Program-made: the position numbers and the translations under genes
In this document: in pieces, positions 41,733 through 53,200 of the stretch
Layout: each line of letters opens with the position of its first letter
How positions within the stretch are numbered: the stretch's first letter is position 1
The notes under the pieces: model-generated
What the model saw: only the letters and a program-made list of their open reading frames with translations
What the model was told of the DNA's origin: nothing
Database searches by the model: none
NCBI GenBank assembly: GCA_005798825.1
Contig: SYIL01000035.1
Coordinates: 12,338-76,337 of the forward strand
Length of the DNA stretch: 64,000 bases
Direction of reading: 5' to 3'
From: Bacteroidota bacterium
GTDB taxonomy: Bacteria; Bacteroidota; Bacteroidia; NS11-12g; UBA955

Positions 41733-42611
41733 TTAATTTCTTCGATCAAAACCCCAATTGAGTTTACTGCGAAGGGTATCCAAAAAATGCGTATTGGATA
41801 AGCGCATTAAATAAAAACCGTGATCCGCTTTGCGAATGGCCAAATTGACTCCACCAGTTATACTTTTACTTCTCGAATCTAAACTGGCAAGATAGCTGAT
41901 TTCGTGACCTTCAATCTCAAAACTCAAGACATTGTCATCCTTAATAATAACAGGTCTTACATTCAGATTATGGGGTGCTATTGGCGTAATCACAAGGCTA
42001 TCACTCTTGGGGAAAATAATTGGACCTCCACAACTGAGCGAATAACTGGTACTTCCGGTTGGAGTGGCGATAATTAATCCATCACTCCAATAACTATTTA
42101 AAAACTCACCATTTAAAAAAGTATGAACCACAATCATATTCGAGGTTTCTTTTTTGTGTATCACAAAATCGTTGAGTGCGAAATTGTAGTCAAAAAGGGG
42201 TTGAGAGGATTCCAAATGCAGTAAACTTCTCTTCTCAAGGGTATAATTTCCTTTTTCAATGTCTTGAATCGAATGACGCAAATTCTCCAATTGAACGTCA
42301 GCCAAAAACCCCAATCTTCCTGTGTTGATTGCCAGAATAGGCAGACCAGAATCGTGAACAAAGCGAAGTGTATCTAAAATGGTTCCATCTCCACCCACAC
42401 AAATTAATACGTCTGGAATCACATCACCCATTGCAAAAGACGAAAATACTTCTATTTTTTGCCCCGATGTGATATAGGGCTGGGCAAAGGGCAACAACGC
42501 AGCTGGCAGGGAGATTTCGTGGCCCATTTCTGCCAAAACTGAAAGCAATTCAACCAAACCATCCCGGTGCTTGGTGTCACTGACTGTTTTAGCATAGACC
42601 GCAATTTTCAT
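41733..42611 (-). CDS. nadK: NAD+ kinase
   Basis: The GGDGTIL motif and the NGE...DGLI..TPTGSTSYSLSCGGPI signature are present. The ATG giving MKIAVYAK is at 42611. The ORF track extends to 42683. Confidence 0.8.
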   Translation of the reverse strand: MKIAVYAKTVSDTKHRDGLVELLSVLAEMGHEISLPAALLPFAQPYITSGQKIEVFSSFAMGDVIPDVLICVGGDGTILDTLRFVHDSGLPILAINTGRLGFLADVQLENLRHSIQDIEKGNYTLEKRSLLHLESSQPLFDYNFALNDFVIHKKETSNMIVVHTFLNGEFLNSYWSDGLIIATPTGSTSYSLSCGGPIIFPKSDSLVITPIAPHNLNVRPVIIKDDNVLSFEIEGHEISYLASLDSRSKSITGGVNLAIRKADHGFYLMRLSNTHFLDTLRSKLNWGFDRRN

Positions 42612-42777
42612 CTTATTACCAGCAATTTTACATCTTTTTCTACGACAAAGATACTCTGGTTTTCTATCCACATAGGCATACATTTTGCATACCCGATAAT
42701 AAGAGACACAAAAAATGAAGCTGCGCTTACCAACGATTCAAAACCGTCGCCGCGGACCTCTCTTTTAATTAAGGTTT

Positions 42778-43458
42778 TTATTCACGTCGATCAAAGACGC
42801 GAAAATCAAATGAAAATTGGTGTTTTTCATCGGCAATATGGTGTTGATGATAGGTTTCTTTCCACTCTTGGAGACTCCAAAGCGGGAAATGGGTGTCGGC
42901 CTGTGAAAAATTTCCATTCACTTCAGTAATATAAAGCCTATCCGTAAATTCCAGTGCTTGTTTGTAAATTTCACCTCCCCCAATAATCATTATTTCGGGA
43001 TCTATTGATGGAGCATATTGATGTATGCGTGAATTTGCCATGCCATCATTTCCCTGACCAGAAATGGTCTTGGTCTCGACTGTGGTTGCTTTATAATTAT
43101 TTTTATCGCTGTTTATCAGTGTGGTTAAGATGCTAACCCCAGGTTTGACTTCTAGGCTATCTTCAGGTATAATTTTCTGTAAACGGAGGATAGATGCCTT
43201 TGCCATGTCCAAGGCTGCGTCCCAATTCTTTGCTATCTCAAATCCAGGCAACACGGACAATGCCGATGTCAATACAATGTTTGTTCTATTTTTTAATGGT
43301 TTTCCAAGGCTCTCCATGGTTTTTCTTCCCATGATCAAAGGCTTGCCTTTTGTATGCTGAATAAACCAGGAAAAATCGTCTGGCAAGTGCCACAATAGGG
43401 CATTGTTTGCCCCCAATTCCAAATTGACCCCCAAGGCCGCGATAATTGAGACTCGCAT
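42778..43458 (-). CDS. folA: Dihydrofolate reductase with a roughly 60-aa internal insertion
   Basis: The DHFR N-terminus is present (MRVSIIAALGVNLELGANNALLWHLPDDFSWF...LIMGRKT). IMIIGGGEIY is present. The C-terminal ...THFP... is present. At 226 aa it is about 60 aa longer than typical DHFR. Confidence 0.65.
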   Translation of the reverse strand: MRVSIIAALGVNLELGANNALLWHLPDDFSWFIQHTKGKPLIMGRKTMESLGKPLKNRTNIVLTSALSVLPGFEIAKNWDAALDMAKASILRLQKIIPEDSLEVKPGVSILTTLINSDKNNYKATTVETKTISGQGNDGMANSRIHQYAPSIDPEIMIIGGGEIYKQALEFTDRLYITEVNGNFSQADTHFPLWSLQEWKETYHQHHIADEKHQFSFDFRVFDRRE

Positions 43459-43561
43459 GGGTCAAATATACAATCTAGTACTTCCGATCACAATCAAAAC
43501 CAAAACATTGTATATCAAGGCAAAATTCAACCTCCCGGAACCCAAAACTATTTAGCTTGTG

Positions 43562-43569
43562 TATCTTTG
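43562..43569 (+). promoter_or_regulatory. Candidate -7 element TATCTTTG upstream of der
   Basis: The motif matches TAnnTTTG. It lies 7 nt before the ATG at 43577. Confidence 0.3.
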
Positions 43570-43576
43570 CCGCCTT

Positions 43577-44887
43577 ATGAGCAGAATTGTAGCCATAGTA
43601 GGTCGACCGAATGTAGGAAAAAGTACCCTTTTTAATCGATTAACGGGGGAATTTAAAGCAATTGTAGATGATTACAGCGGTGTAACCAGAGACAGACACT
43701 ATGGTTATTCAGATTGGAATGGCATCGATTTTACCGTTATTGATACCGGAGGATTTGTTCCTCAAAGCAATGATACATTCGAAGCTGCTATCCGAGAACA
43801 AGTTCATATAGCCATAGAAGAAGCCGCAGTATTGATCTTTGTTGTCGATGTTCAAACAGACGTAAATCCCCTTGACGAAGAGTTTGCGCAAATATTGCGC
43901 AGAAGCAAGAAACCTGTGGTATTGACGGTGAATAAGGTAGACAACGACCGCTTGCGATTGGAGACTTCTGTTTTTTATTCCCTGGGTTTTGATCATTTTC
44001 ACGAAATATCTGCCGCTAATGGGGGTGGGACAGGAGATTTATTAGATGAAGTTGTAGAATTTCTAAAAGATGAGAAACCAGACGAAGACCATGTCGAGAA
44101 TCTCCCACGGATTGCCATTGTAGGTCGACCCAATGTTGGAAAAAGTAGTTTGATCAATGCCCTTCTGGGTGAAGACCGAAATATTGTAACAACAATTGCC
44201 GGCACCACACGCGACAGCATTGATACCAAATACAAGGCCTATGGAAAAGAATTTGTATTGATCGACACGGCAGGTATTCGCAGAAAGAGTAAAGTGAATG
44301 AAAATATTGAATTTTACTCGGTCATGCGCAGTTTACGTGCCCTTGAGAATGCCGATGTTGTGGTTTTGGTTTTAGATGCAAGCTTAGGTATGGAATCTCA
44401 AGACCTGAATCTTTTCTGGATGGCACACCGTCAAGGAAAAGGACTTGCTATCTTGGTAAACAAATGGGACTTAGTAGAAAAAGAGAGCAATACCCATTTG
44501 GCCTATTCCGAAGAAATTAAAAAAATTATAGCACCGTTTATTGACGTTCCAATCATGTATGTATCGGCACTCACAAAACAACGGGTATTTCAGGGCATGG
44601 AAACAATATTAAAAGTCTATGAAAACCTCAGTTTAAAAATTCCCACCCGTGCCTTGAATGATTTCTTGTTACCCCTGATGGAAAGCAACCCGCCTCCGAG
44701 TAAAAAAGGTAAATTTGTCAAAATAAAATATGTAACGCAACTCCCCAGCAAGCGTGTTGCTTTTGCCTTATTCTGCAATCTTCCCCAATATGTGGCAGAA
44801 AGCTATACCCGTTTTTTGGAAAATAAAATGAGAGAAAAATTCAACCTGACGGGCATCCCCATTAGTTTGTTCTATCGCAAGAAATAA
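43577..44887 (+). CDS. der: Ribosome biogenesis GTPase Der (EngA), double G-domain
   Basis: Two P-loops are present (IVGRPNVGKST and IVGRPNVGKSS). A C-terminal KH-like domain is present. The ORF-track start at 43559 is a GTG. Confidence 0.9.
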   Translation: MSRIVAIVGRPNVGKSTLFNRLTGEFKAIVDDYSGVTRDRHYGYSDWNGIDFTVIDTGGFVPQSNDTFEAAIREQVHIAIEEAAVLIFVVDVQTDVNPLDEEFAQILRRSKKPVVLTVNKVDNDRLRLETSVFYSLGFDHFHEISAANGGGTGDLLDEVVEFLKDEKPDEDHVENLPRIAIVGRPNVGKSSLINALLGEDRNIVTTIAGTTRDSIDTKYKAYGKEFVLIDTAGIRRKSKVNENIEFYSVMRSLRALENADVVVLVLDASLGMESQDLNLFWMAHRQGKGLAILVNKWDLVEKESNTHLAYSEEIKKIIAPFIDVPIMYVSALTKQRVFQGMETILKVYENLSLKIPTRALNDFLLPLMESNPPPSKKGKFVKIKYVTQLPSKRVAFALFCNLPQYVAESYTRFLENKMREKFNLTGIPISLFYRKK

Positions 44888-44915
44888 TAGTACACAATTG
44901 ATATTTGCTCCAATC

Positions 44916-45959
44916 ATGGACGCACAAAAAAAAACGGATATTCGCGATCTTGATTTATCATCTCTTACAGATGTGTTAAAAAGCATGGGTGAATCAGCTT
45001 ATCGTGCCAAGCAAATTTTCCAGTGGCTTTGGCAGAAAGGTGCGCGCAATTTTGAGGAAATGACAAATCTCTCCAAACCATTGAGAGCAAAACTTACCCT
45101 GGAGTTTAGTTTTCATATTGCAACAGTATATACCGCACAGTTTTCGAAGGATGGTACCATTAAAATCGCATTTGAATTACACGATGGCAATAAAATTGAG
45201 GGCGTGCTAATCCCAACTCACAGCCGAACTACGGCTTGCGTAAGCTCTCAAGTTGGCTGTTCCTTGGATTGTAAATTTTGTGCTACCGGCTACCTCAAGC
45301 GCCAAAGAAACCTAAGTTGTGCCGAAATATTTGACCAGGTTTGGCTGATCAATGAACTGGCCGAAAAACACTATGGAAAAAGACTCGATAATATTGTCTA
45401 CATGGGTATGGGAGAGCCCTTGCTTAATTACGTAAATGTGGTTCGCAGCGTGCTCATTATCAGCGCAACTGATGGTTTGGCCATGAGTCCTCAACGAATA
45501 ACAATCTCTACTGCAGGTATCGCCAAAATGATTCAAAAACTGGCTGATGACGGAATTAAAACCAATCTTGCATTAAGCCTTCATTCAGCAAACAACAAAA
45601 AACGATCGGCGATTATGCCAATCAATGAAAGTAACACTTTAGAAATGCTTGCAGAATCACTGGCTTATTGGTATGAAAAAACAGGCATCAGACCCACACT
45701 TGAATATACGCTTATCGAAGGTGTTAACGATGGATTGGAGGAAGAAAAAGAACTCATTCTTTTTGCCCGCAAGTTTCCTTCAAAAATAAATCTCATTGAA
45801 TACAATCCGATTTCCTTGGCCGACTATCAGCCCACAAATCGTTTGGATGCATTTGCCGCAAGCCTGGAAAAACAAAAACTTATCGTACACGTTCGCAGAA
45901 GTAGGGGGAAAGACATCGATGCAGCCTGTGGTCAATTGGCAAACCAACTCGCTCATTAA
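44916..45959 (+). CDS. rlmN: 23S rRNA/tRNA (adenine-C2)-methyltransferase RlmN (radical SAM)
   Basis: The radical-SAM cysteine motif is present (CSLDCKFCATG) together with the RlmN architecture. The ORF-track start at 44898 is a TTG. Confidence 0.85.
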   Translation: MDAQKKTDIRDLDLSSLTDVLKSMGESAYRAKQIFQWLWQKGARNFEEMTNLSKPLRAKLTLEFSFHIATVYTAQFSKDGTIKIAFELHDGNKIEGVLIPTHSRTTACVSSQVGCSLDCKFCATGYLKRQRNLSCAEIFDQVWLINELAEKHYGKRLDNIVYMGMGEPLLNYVNVVRSVLIISATDGLAMSPQRITISTAGIAKMIQKLADDGIKTNLALSLHSANNKKRSAIMPINESNTLEMLAESLAYWYEKTGIRPTLEYTLIEGVNDGLEEEKELILFARKFPSKINLIEYNPISLADYQPTNRLDAFAASLEKQKLIVHVRRSRGKDIDAACGQLANQLAH

Positions 45960-45960
45960 T

Positions 45961-45972
45961 TAGCAATTGCTA
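45961..45972. repeat. Perfect 12-bp palindrome TAGCAATTGCTA in the 40-bp gap between the convergent rlmN and uxs genes
   Basis: The sequence is identical on both strands. It may act as a short hairpin or a dimeric protein-binding site. Confidence 0.6.
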
Positions 45973-45999
45973 CATTACTTTCTGGGGTAATTAGCCATT

Positions 46000-46980
46000 T
46001 CATACAAAATTTCTGTGGTGGGCCTCTTCATATAATCTCTCCCTTGGCAAGTTTTTGAAATACTCCCAAGTAATACGCAGTCCCTCTTCCCGGCCAATTT
46101 TGGGCTCCCAGTCTAATATTTTTTTTGCCTTTTCAATATTGGGTTGTCGCTGTTTGGGGTCATCTACTGGCAAAGGCTGGTAGATTACTTTTTGATGAGT
46201 TTGGGTAAGTTTGATTATTTCCTCAGCGAATTGCGAAATTGAAATTTCATTGGGATTTCCAATATTTATGGGGTCTGAACAATTACTCAACAACAAGCGA
46301 CAAATGCCCTCTATCAAATCATCAACAAAACAGAAACTCCGGGTTTGACTGCCATCGCCAAAAATACTCAAATCATCGCCCCGTAGCGCTTGCCCCATGA
46401 AGGCAGGCAAAACACGTCCATCATTTAATCTCATCCTCGGCCCATAGGTGTTAAAAATACGAATAATTCTGGTTTCCAGGCCGTGAAACGTATGGTAGGC
46501 CATGGTAATGGCTTCTTGAAATCGCTTGGCTTCATCATATACACCCCGGGGACCAACAGGATTCACATTGCCCCAATAATCTTCAGTTTGTGGATGCACC
46601 GTGGGATCTCCATATACCTCAGAGGTACTGGCTACCAAAATACGCGCCTTCTTGGCCAAAGCCAATCCCAGTAAATTATGGGTTCCCAAAGAACCTACTT
46701 TCAAAGTTTGAATGGGTATTTTAAGATAATCAATAGGACTGGCGGGCGATGCAAAATGAAGAATATATTTTAAATCTCCCGCTACATGAACAAATTGACT
46801 AACATCGTGGTTGAGAAATTCAAATTGTTTCAAAGCAAACAAATGCTCAATATTGCGCAAATCTCCTGTAATAAGATTGTCCATTCCAAGAACATGGTAT
46901 CCATCTTTTATAAAACGATCACACAAATGACTTCCCAGAAATCCGGCAGCACCAGTGACTAATACCCTGTCTCGTTTCAT
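46000..46980 (-). CDS. UDP-glucuronate decarboxylase (UDP-xylose synthase, UXS-type extended SDR)
   Basis: The motifs [41 protein letters not shown] and YDEAKR are present, with UXS1-like conservation. The length is 326 aa. Confidence 0.75.
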   Translation of the reverse strand: MKRDRVLVTGAAGFLGSHLCDRFIKDGYHVLGMDNLITGDLRNIEHLFALKQFEFLNHDVSQFVHVAGDLKYILHFASPASPIDYLKIPIQTLKVGSLGTHNLLGLALAKKARILVASTSEVYGDPTVHPQTEDYWGNVNPVGPRGVYDEAKRFQEAITMAYHTFHGLETRIIRIFNTYGPRMRLNDGRVLPAFMGQALRGDDLSIFGDGSQTRSFCFVDDLIEGICRLLLSNCSDPINIGNPNEISISQFAEEIIKLTQTHQKVIYQPLPVDDPKQRQPNIEKAKKILDWEPKIGREEGLRITWEYFKNLPRERLYEEAHHRNFV

Positions 46981-48284
46981 GAAATATCCTGACGTCCTAT
47001 ACTGTAATACGTAAATCCCTGCTTGCGCATCTGGTCTAAATCAAAAAGATTTCGTCCATCGAAGATAACTTTTTCTTTCAGTTGACTTGCCATTACAGCA
47101 AAATCGGGGTTTCGAAATTCTGGCCATTCGGTGGCAATTACTAAAAAATCAGCTCCTTCCAGCGCACTGCTTGCTTTTTCGCAAAACTGTATTTTATCTC
47201 CCAAAATTGGTTTCACATTTTCCATTGCTTCAGGGTCATAGCACTGGATAGATGCACCCCGCTCTATTAAATCAGCAATCATTTCCAAGGCGGGTGCCTC
47301 TCGAATATCATCGGTATTGGGTTTGAACGCCAATCCCCAAACAGCGATTGTCTTGCCTTTAATGTCTCCAAAATGCGCTGTGATTTTGGGTATTAATGCC
47401 AATTTTTGTATGGCATTCACGCCCTCAACGGCTTTCAAAATCTTAAAATCGTAGTTTACTTGGTCAGCACTGTATACCAATGCCTGAACGTCTTTGGGAA
47501 AACAACTTCCTCCATAACCAATACCCGGAAATAAAAAACGTTTTCCAATTCGGTCGTCGCTGCCAATTCCCTTGCGAACCATATCTACATCAGCTCCCAA
47601 TAACTCGCACATTTGGGCAATCTCATTCATAAAAGATATTTTGGTCGCCAAAAAACTATTTGCCGCGTATTTGGTCAATTCGGCGCTGCGGGTATCCATG
47701 TGCATAACGGGATTCCCCTGACGTACATAAGGAGCATACAGATCATCCATTACTTCGAAAGCCCTTTGGGTTTCGGCTCCAATAACAACCCGATCGGGTT
47801 TCATAAAATCATCCACCGCAACACCCTCTCGTAAAAACTCCGGATTACTCACAACGTCAAATTCTCCTTTATAATTGACAGCAATGGCAGCATGAACTTT
47901 GTCGGCAGTACCAACAGGCACCGTGCTCTTATCAACTATTATCTTATAGCCTTTCATTATTTTACCCAATTGGTCGGCTACACCCAACACGTATTTCAAA
48001 TCTGCTGCACCGCCTTCGCCAGGAGGAGTTGGCAAAGCCAAAAAAACAACCTGCGCATCTGCCACAGCCTCTTCAAGATTATTGGTAAAAGACAAACGAC
48101 CTTCTTTTAAATTACGCTTGAATAATATGTCTAAACCAGGCTCAAAAATGGTTATTTTACCTGCCCTAAGCATATCAATTTTTTGTTGATCAATGTCAAC
48201 ACAAACTACACGGTTGCCTGTTTCTGCAAAACATGTTCCGCTAACCAAACCAACATAACCGGTGCCTATGACTGCAACATTCAT
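46977..48284 (-). CDS. ugd: UDP-glucose 6-dehydrogenase
   Basis: The NAD-binding [16 protein letters not shown] motif and the catalytic GGSCFPKD motif are present. The length is 435 aa. It overlaps the UXS gene start by 4 nt. Confidence 0.85.
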   Translation of the reverse strand: MNVAVIGTGYVGLVSGTCFAETGNRVVCVDIDQQKIDMLRAGKITIFEPGLDILFKRNLKEGRLSFTNNLEEAVADAQVVFLALPTPPGEGGAADLKYVLGVADQLGKIMKGYKIIVDKSTVPVGTADKVHAAIAVNYKGEFDVVSNPEFLREGVAVDDFMKPDRVVIGAETQRAFEVMDDLYAPYVRQGNPVMHMDTRSAELTKYAANSFLATKISFMNEIAQMCELLGADVDMVRKGIGSDDRIGKRFLFPGIGYGGSCFPKDVQALVYSADQVNYDFKILKAVEGVNAIQKLALIPKITAHFGDIKGKTIAVWGLAFKPNTDDIREAPALEMIADLIERGASIQCYDPEAMENVKPILGDKIQFCEKASSALEGADFLVIATEWPEFRNPDFAVMASQLKEKVIFDGRNLFDLDQMRKQGFTYYSIGRQDIS

Positions 48285-48297
48285 TTCTTTATTGGGA

Positions 48298-49443
48298 TTA
48301 TTCTAAATGCTCTTGGATTGTTTTAATTATTTTATCTTGATGGCTTTCTTGCAGTTCTGGACATATTGGCAAACTTAAAACTCGCTTGCAAAGGTCGTCT
48401 GTAATGGGCAAATCAACAAGTTGGGCATAGGCTTTTTGTTTGTGCAATGGGATTGGATAATAAACCATACTTGGAATCTCATTGTTTCCCAAATACGCTT
48501 TCAATGATTCACGAAGCGCATGGCTTTCACAAATCAGGGTGTACTGATGATACACGTGGCTACTTACAGCATTTTGCTTGGGTATCGCAATTTTAGAGCA
48601 ATCCTTCAATGCCAAATTATAGCGGGAGGCCACTGCATTTCTAGATTGTTCAAATTCGAATAAATGGGGTAATTTGGCCAATAAGATAGACGCTTGCAGT
48701 GTATCTAATCTAGAATTTAAACCAACCATATCGTGCTGGTATTTCACTTTTTGGCCATGATTGGCCAACATTCTCAATTTTTGAGCAAGGGAATCATCTT
48801 GGGTAAAAATCGCACCCCCGTCTCCAAAACAACCTAAATTTTTGCTCGGGAAAAAAGAAGTGGTACCGATATGACCGATTGTACCAGCAAACCCATGCTC
48901 CCCATGAAAACAGTACTGAGATCCCATGGATTGGGCAGTGTCTTCTACCACAAATAGATTGTATTGGTATGCCAATTCCATTATGGCCCCCATCGATGCC
49001 ATCTGTCCGAATAAATGCACCGGAACAATGGCTCTGGTATTGGGGGTAATTGCATTTTTAATGGCCTCTAAATCCACCAAAAATGTAAGGGGGTCTACTT
49101 CAACAAAAACGGGCTTCAAGCCCAATAAAAGCAAAATTTCTGCTACGGCTACATAGGAAAAGGATGGGGTTATTACCTCTGATCCTCGGGGCAATTCCAA
49201 AGCCATAAAAGCCAATTGCAAGGCATCAGTTCCATTGGCACATCCAATAACATGCTTTACATTATAGCGAAGTGACAAGGCTGATTCAAGTTCTGCAACT
49301 TGGGGGCCCTGTATGAATGCTCCGTCTTTCATAACAGATAACACATGTGCATCAATCGATAATTGGTATCGAACATACTGTGCCTGAAGATCAACCATTT
49401 TAATCCCTGTCATTCCCCAATCAATTTTACGGTTATTGCCCAT
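48298..49443 (-). CDS. DegT/DnrJ/EryC1/StrS-family PLP-dependent sugar aminotransferase
   Basis: The fold-type I aminotransferase signature of the DegT family is present (GCANGTDAL, SFFPSKNLGCFGDGGAI). The length is 381 aa. Confidence 0.75.
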   Translation of the reverse strand: MGNNRKIDWGMTGIKMVDLQAQYVRYQLSIDAHVLSVMKDGAFIQGPQVAELESALSLRYNVKHVIGCANGTDALQLAFMALELPRGSEVITPSFSYVAVAEILLLLGLKPVFVEVDPLTFLVDLEAIKNAITPNTRAIVPVHLFGQMASMGAIMELAYQYNLFVVEDTAQSMGSQYCFHGEHGFAGTIGHIGTTSFFPSKNLGCFGDGGAIFTQDDSLAQKLRMLANHGQKVKYQHDMVGLNSRLDTLQASILLAKLPHLFEFEQSRNAVASRYNLALKDCSKIAIPKQNAVSSHVYHQYTLICESHALRESLKAYLGNNEIPSMVYYPIPLHKQKAYAQLVDLPITDDLCKRVLSLPICPELQESHQDKIIKTIQEHLE

Positions 49444-49477
49444 TCAAAATTACAGTTTTTATGAGCGGATGATGTGA

Positions 49478-50230
49478 TTATTGTTTTTGACGCTGCCTTA
49501 CTACTTCATAGGTAATAACACCTGTTGCTACAGAAACATTCAAAGAGCCAACGCCATTAGGAGACAAGGGAATTTTGACATGTGCATCACACAGTTTCCA
49601 TGTATCAGGGCTCAAACCAGTTTCTTCATCCCCCAAGACCAAAGCAATGGGGCCCAATAAATCGGCATCAAATACATTTTCTACCGATTTTTCGGTTGCA
49701 CCCACTATTTTCAATCCACTATTTTTGAGCAATTTAATACTTCCATATAAAGATTGTGTTCTACACACGGGAATTTTCAACAAGGCCCCGGCAGAAGTCC
49801 TTACCGCATCTGGACTCAAGGGTGCCGATCCCTTTTCGGGAACCAAAATCCCATGAATACCAGCACAAGAAGCAGTTCTGGCAATAGCGCCAAAATTTCG
49901 AACATCCGTAACCCCATCTAATATCAAAATAAAGGGATCCTCTCCAGCTTCAAACGCGCCTGCAACCACGGCATCCAGATTTGCAAAGTCAACAGCACTT
50001 ACCGTGATTACAACCCCTTGGTGATTCCCCCTCACCAAACTATTTAATTTAGCCATGGGTACTTGCTTCCAAATAATATTCCTTGCCCTAAAAAGTGGAA
50101 GTAAGTCTTTTAACTGTCCCTGCAATACACCTTCCTGAAGCCAAACCTTGTCGATGGTCCTACCTGATTGTAAGGCTTCTAGAACCGGGTGTATCCCATG
50201 TACAAAAGCATCTTTTTGCTTAAATTCCAT
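49478..50230 (-). CDS. rlmB: 23S rRNA (guanosine-2'-O)-methyltransferase RlmB-like (SpoU/TrmH family)
   Basis: The SpoU motifs are present (ILILDGVTDVRNFGAIARTA, LVLGDEETGLS, SLNVSVATGV). Confidence 0.65.
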   Translation of the reverse strand: MEFKQKDAFVHGIHPVLEALQSGRTIDKVWLQEGVLQGQLKDLLPLFRARNIIWKQVPMAKLNSLVRGNHQGVVITVSAVDFANLDAVVAGAFEAGEDPFILILDGVTDVRNFGAIARTASCAGIHGILVPEKGSAPLSPDAVRTSAGALLKIPVCRTQSLYGSIKLLKNSGLKIVGATEKSVENVFDADLLGPIALVLGDEETGLSPDTWKLCDAHVKIPLSPNGVGSLNVSVATGVITYEVVRQRQKQ

Positions 50231-50273
50231 ATAAATAATTGTCTCCCAATTTTAGAGAAACTCTGTTTATCCC

Positions 50274-53200
50274 TCAAATACCCTCACTGCGTTTGGTATA
50301 CTCGGCAGCCCAGTCTTTGCGTCCCAGTTGTTTGCACCCATCAATAATTCCCTTTAAGGTTTCACGACTCGATTGGACTTCCCTCGCACCAAATGTCTCG
50401 TTTTCCCAACGCACAAAATACCTGGCGAATTGGGTACAGTCTTTTACAGCCAAATCCAGTGTCTTTTTGGCTGTCTTGGTATCTCCTAATTCTAATAAAA
50501 CCAATCCATAATCTGCCTTATACTCTTTGCGCATTGGCATTGCATTTTCGGGTATTTCAGTTAAAATATGGCCTATCACTTCAATGCCTTTTTTTCGGTA
50601 TCCCGCAATCTTTTTACCCTCTATTGCCAGAAACGCATCTATCGAAGCATACCCAGGTGGAACAGGAATATCCTCTCGTTTTTCACGAACAGCCTTGGCA
50701 TATTGATTATAAACACTTATCTTACCAAGATACGTCCGTGCCAACAGACTGGCCATTTGTTGTAAATCCCCGGGGACATATGCCGCCTTATCGTCCAAAA
50801 AGAAATTTTTCTTCTGTTTCATTCCACAATACCGATAATTTTTAACCAAGTTCTTATACAATTTATCTTCCGCTACCCTTTGGGGTTGACGTTGATTGGA
50901 TCCTCCCCGAATGGGTACAAATTTGTAAACCAAGCCCTCCAGTTGTAAATAGTCGTTTAAATCATAAAAATCATACCCGCTTACACTGGTGAAATAAATT
51001 GGACGCTTCCATCCTTGTCTTGCATTCTCACAAATCAAATCCATAAACACCAAATCCCCCTTGGAAATGTAAGAACCCCCTATCGAATACTCTATTTGGT
51101 TGACAATTTGTGAGGTGTCATCACCACGAACCAAACCAGACGCAATCACGGCTTTTCGATTTACTGGAAAACTAACTTTTCTGGCCTTTAAATAATTGCG
51201 TTCATCACCCAAATTATTCTCACCAATAACTTGCCTAACAGCAGCAGCCAAAGACGTGACGCCATTGGGGTCAACAATTTCAATGCCCCCATCAAAACTA
51301 CCTGTTTGCAAATCTTTCTTGGTTAACGTAAGTGGGAGCGGATCTGACGCATATACTTTGTTTAATAACACACTGCTATACCAATCTGTAGGCAATAAAC
51401 TCTGATTTATAATGCGAACATCTTTTCGAAATCCTTCTACATTTTGGGCATACCATAAAGGATATGTATCGTTGTCTCCGTTGCAAAATAAGATCGCATT
51501 TGGCTCCAAATTTCCCAAAAAGTTCTTGGCCATATCAATACCAATTGAGCGGCCACTTCGATCGTGGTCATCCCAATTTTGATACGCCATATTGCCTGGA
51601 ACCAATAATAAAGAAAAAACAATAGCATACGCTGTTGCTACCGCTGTTGCTATATTGTTTCTAAAAAAATTTCTTGTTATCTCTGCCAAGGCCGATACGC
51701 CTAGGCCAACCCAAATACAGAATGTCTGAAACGACCCTACTAGCGCATAATCTCGCTCTCGAGGTTCGTAGGGAGGTTGATTCATATACACGTTAATCAA
51801 TAATCCCGTGAAAATAAAAAGTGTCATTACCAACCAGAAATCATATTTTTTTGCTGTCGCTTGCCAAATTAATCCCAACATACCCAACAAAAGGGGCAAG
51901 AAGAAATAAGCATTTTTTCCTTTTTGATTTTTATAAAAATCAGGGAGACCTTTTCGGGGACCTACAACAAAGCAGTCAATGAAAGGTATGCCGCTATACC
52001 AATTGCCATCAAAACGGGTATTTCCCATAACAGCTTGTTGATCATTAAATCTGCCTACAAAATTCCACATAAAATACCGCAGATACATGTATCGCACTTG
52101 GTAATTGAAAAAATATTTCATGTTTTGCAAAAACGTAGGCTTTTCATAATTAAGAAACTCTGATTCTTGAATTTCTTCTTCAGTCATTGCACGCTGTTGT
52201 TGTTGGGCCAATCCTTGTATTTCGTCAATGCTATTTTGCACATCTGACATGCCACCATACTCCCTAAAACCCCTTGCATCGTTGGGTTTGTTACTTTTTC
52301 CCATTCTAGGAAAAAGGGTCATATATTCATCATCATAGGTGTAATCGTAATTTTCTCCACCCTCTTCGTACTGGTTTTTCCCCTTAAAATATCTTGTACC
52401 CAAGGATTTTGTACCATCTTCGGGTGCATTGAAATACGGACCATAAATAAGGGGCCGATCACCATATTGTTCGCGGGTAATGTATCCATAAAACTTGTAT
52501 GGATCTTCTGGATTATTCATATCAATGGCTGGATTGGCCTTAGAGCGAATAATTACCATTGCATAAGAAGAATACCCAATAATGATACAAAGAGCCGACA
52601 TGACCATTATATTCCAATTTCTTTTTCCCTTTGAATGGGTATAGAACAAAAGAAATCCTGCCAAAAGAGCAATTAATACAATAGCTGCAATGGTTCCTGA
52701 ATAAAAGGGCAAACCAAAATCATTGACAAACAATCGATCCATTCTTGCCATCAACCACGGAATACCGGGATAAATTATTTTCATTACAAACCCCAAGGAG
52801 ATTGCTGCAGCACCCAATGCCATTAAAACTCCATTTGGAGTTATGGTTTTTTTTCGAAAGTAATATGCCAAACAAACACAAGGTATTACGAGCATATTTA
52901 ACATGTGATTGCCCAAAGACAATCCGATCAAATAGGCAATAAACACCAGCCAACGGTCAGATTTTATATCTTCAGCTGTTTTCCACCATCGCAAAACTGC
53001 CCAAAATGTAAGTGTAGTAAAAAAAGAACTTAGCGCATAGACCTCAGATTCTACAGCACTAAACCAAAAAGTATCAATAAATGTATTGGTTAATGCAGCG
53101 ACGGTACCTGCACCCAAAACCAATATTGTCTTGAATTGATTGTCATCGGAAACTATTCTTTCAGCAAAATAGGTGGTTATCCAAAAGGTAAACATTACAC

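Noticed and set aside
41535-41801. 88-aa ORF spanning the nuclease/nadK intergenic gap
   Set aside because: It overlaps the 3' ends of both flanking genes and has no motif support. The short inverted repeat aatgcg...cgcatt at about 41787-41812 lies inside the nadK CDS.
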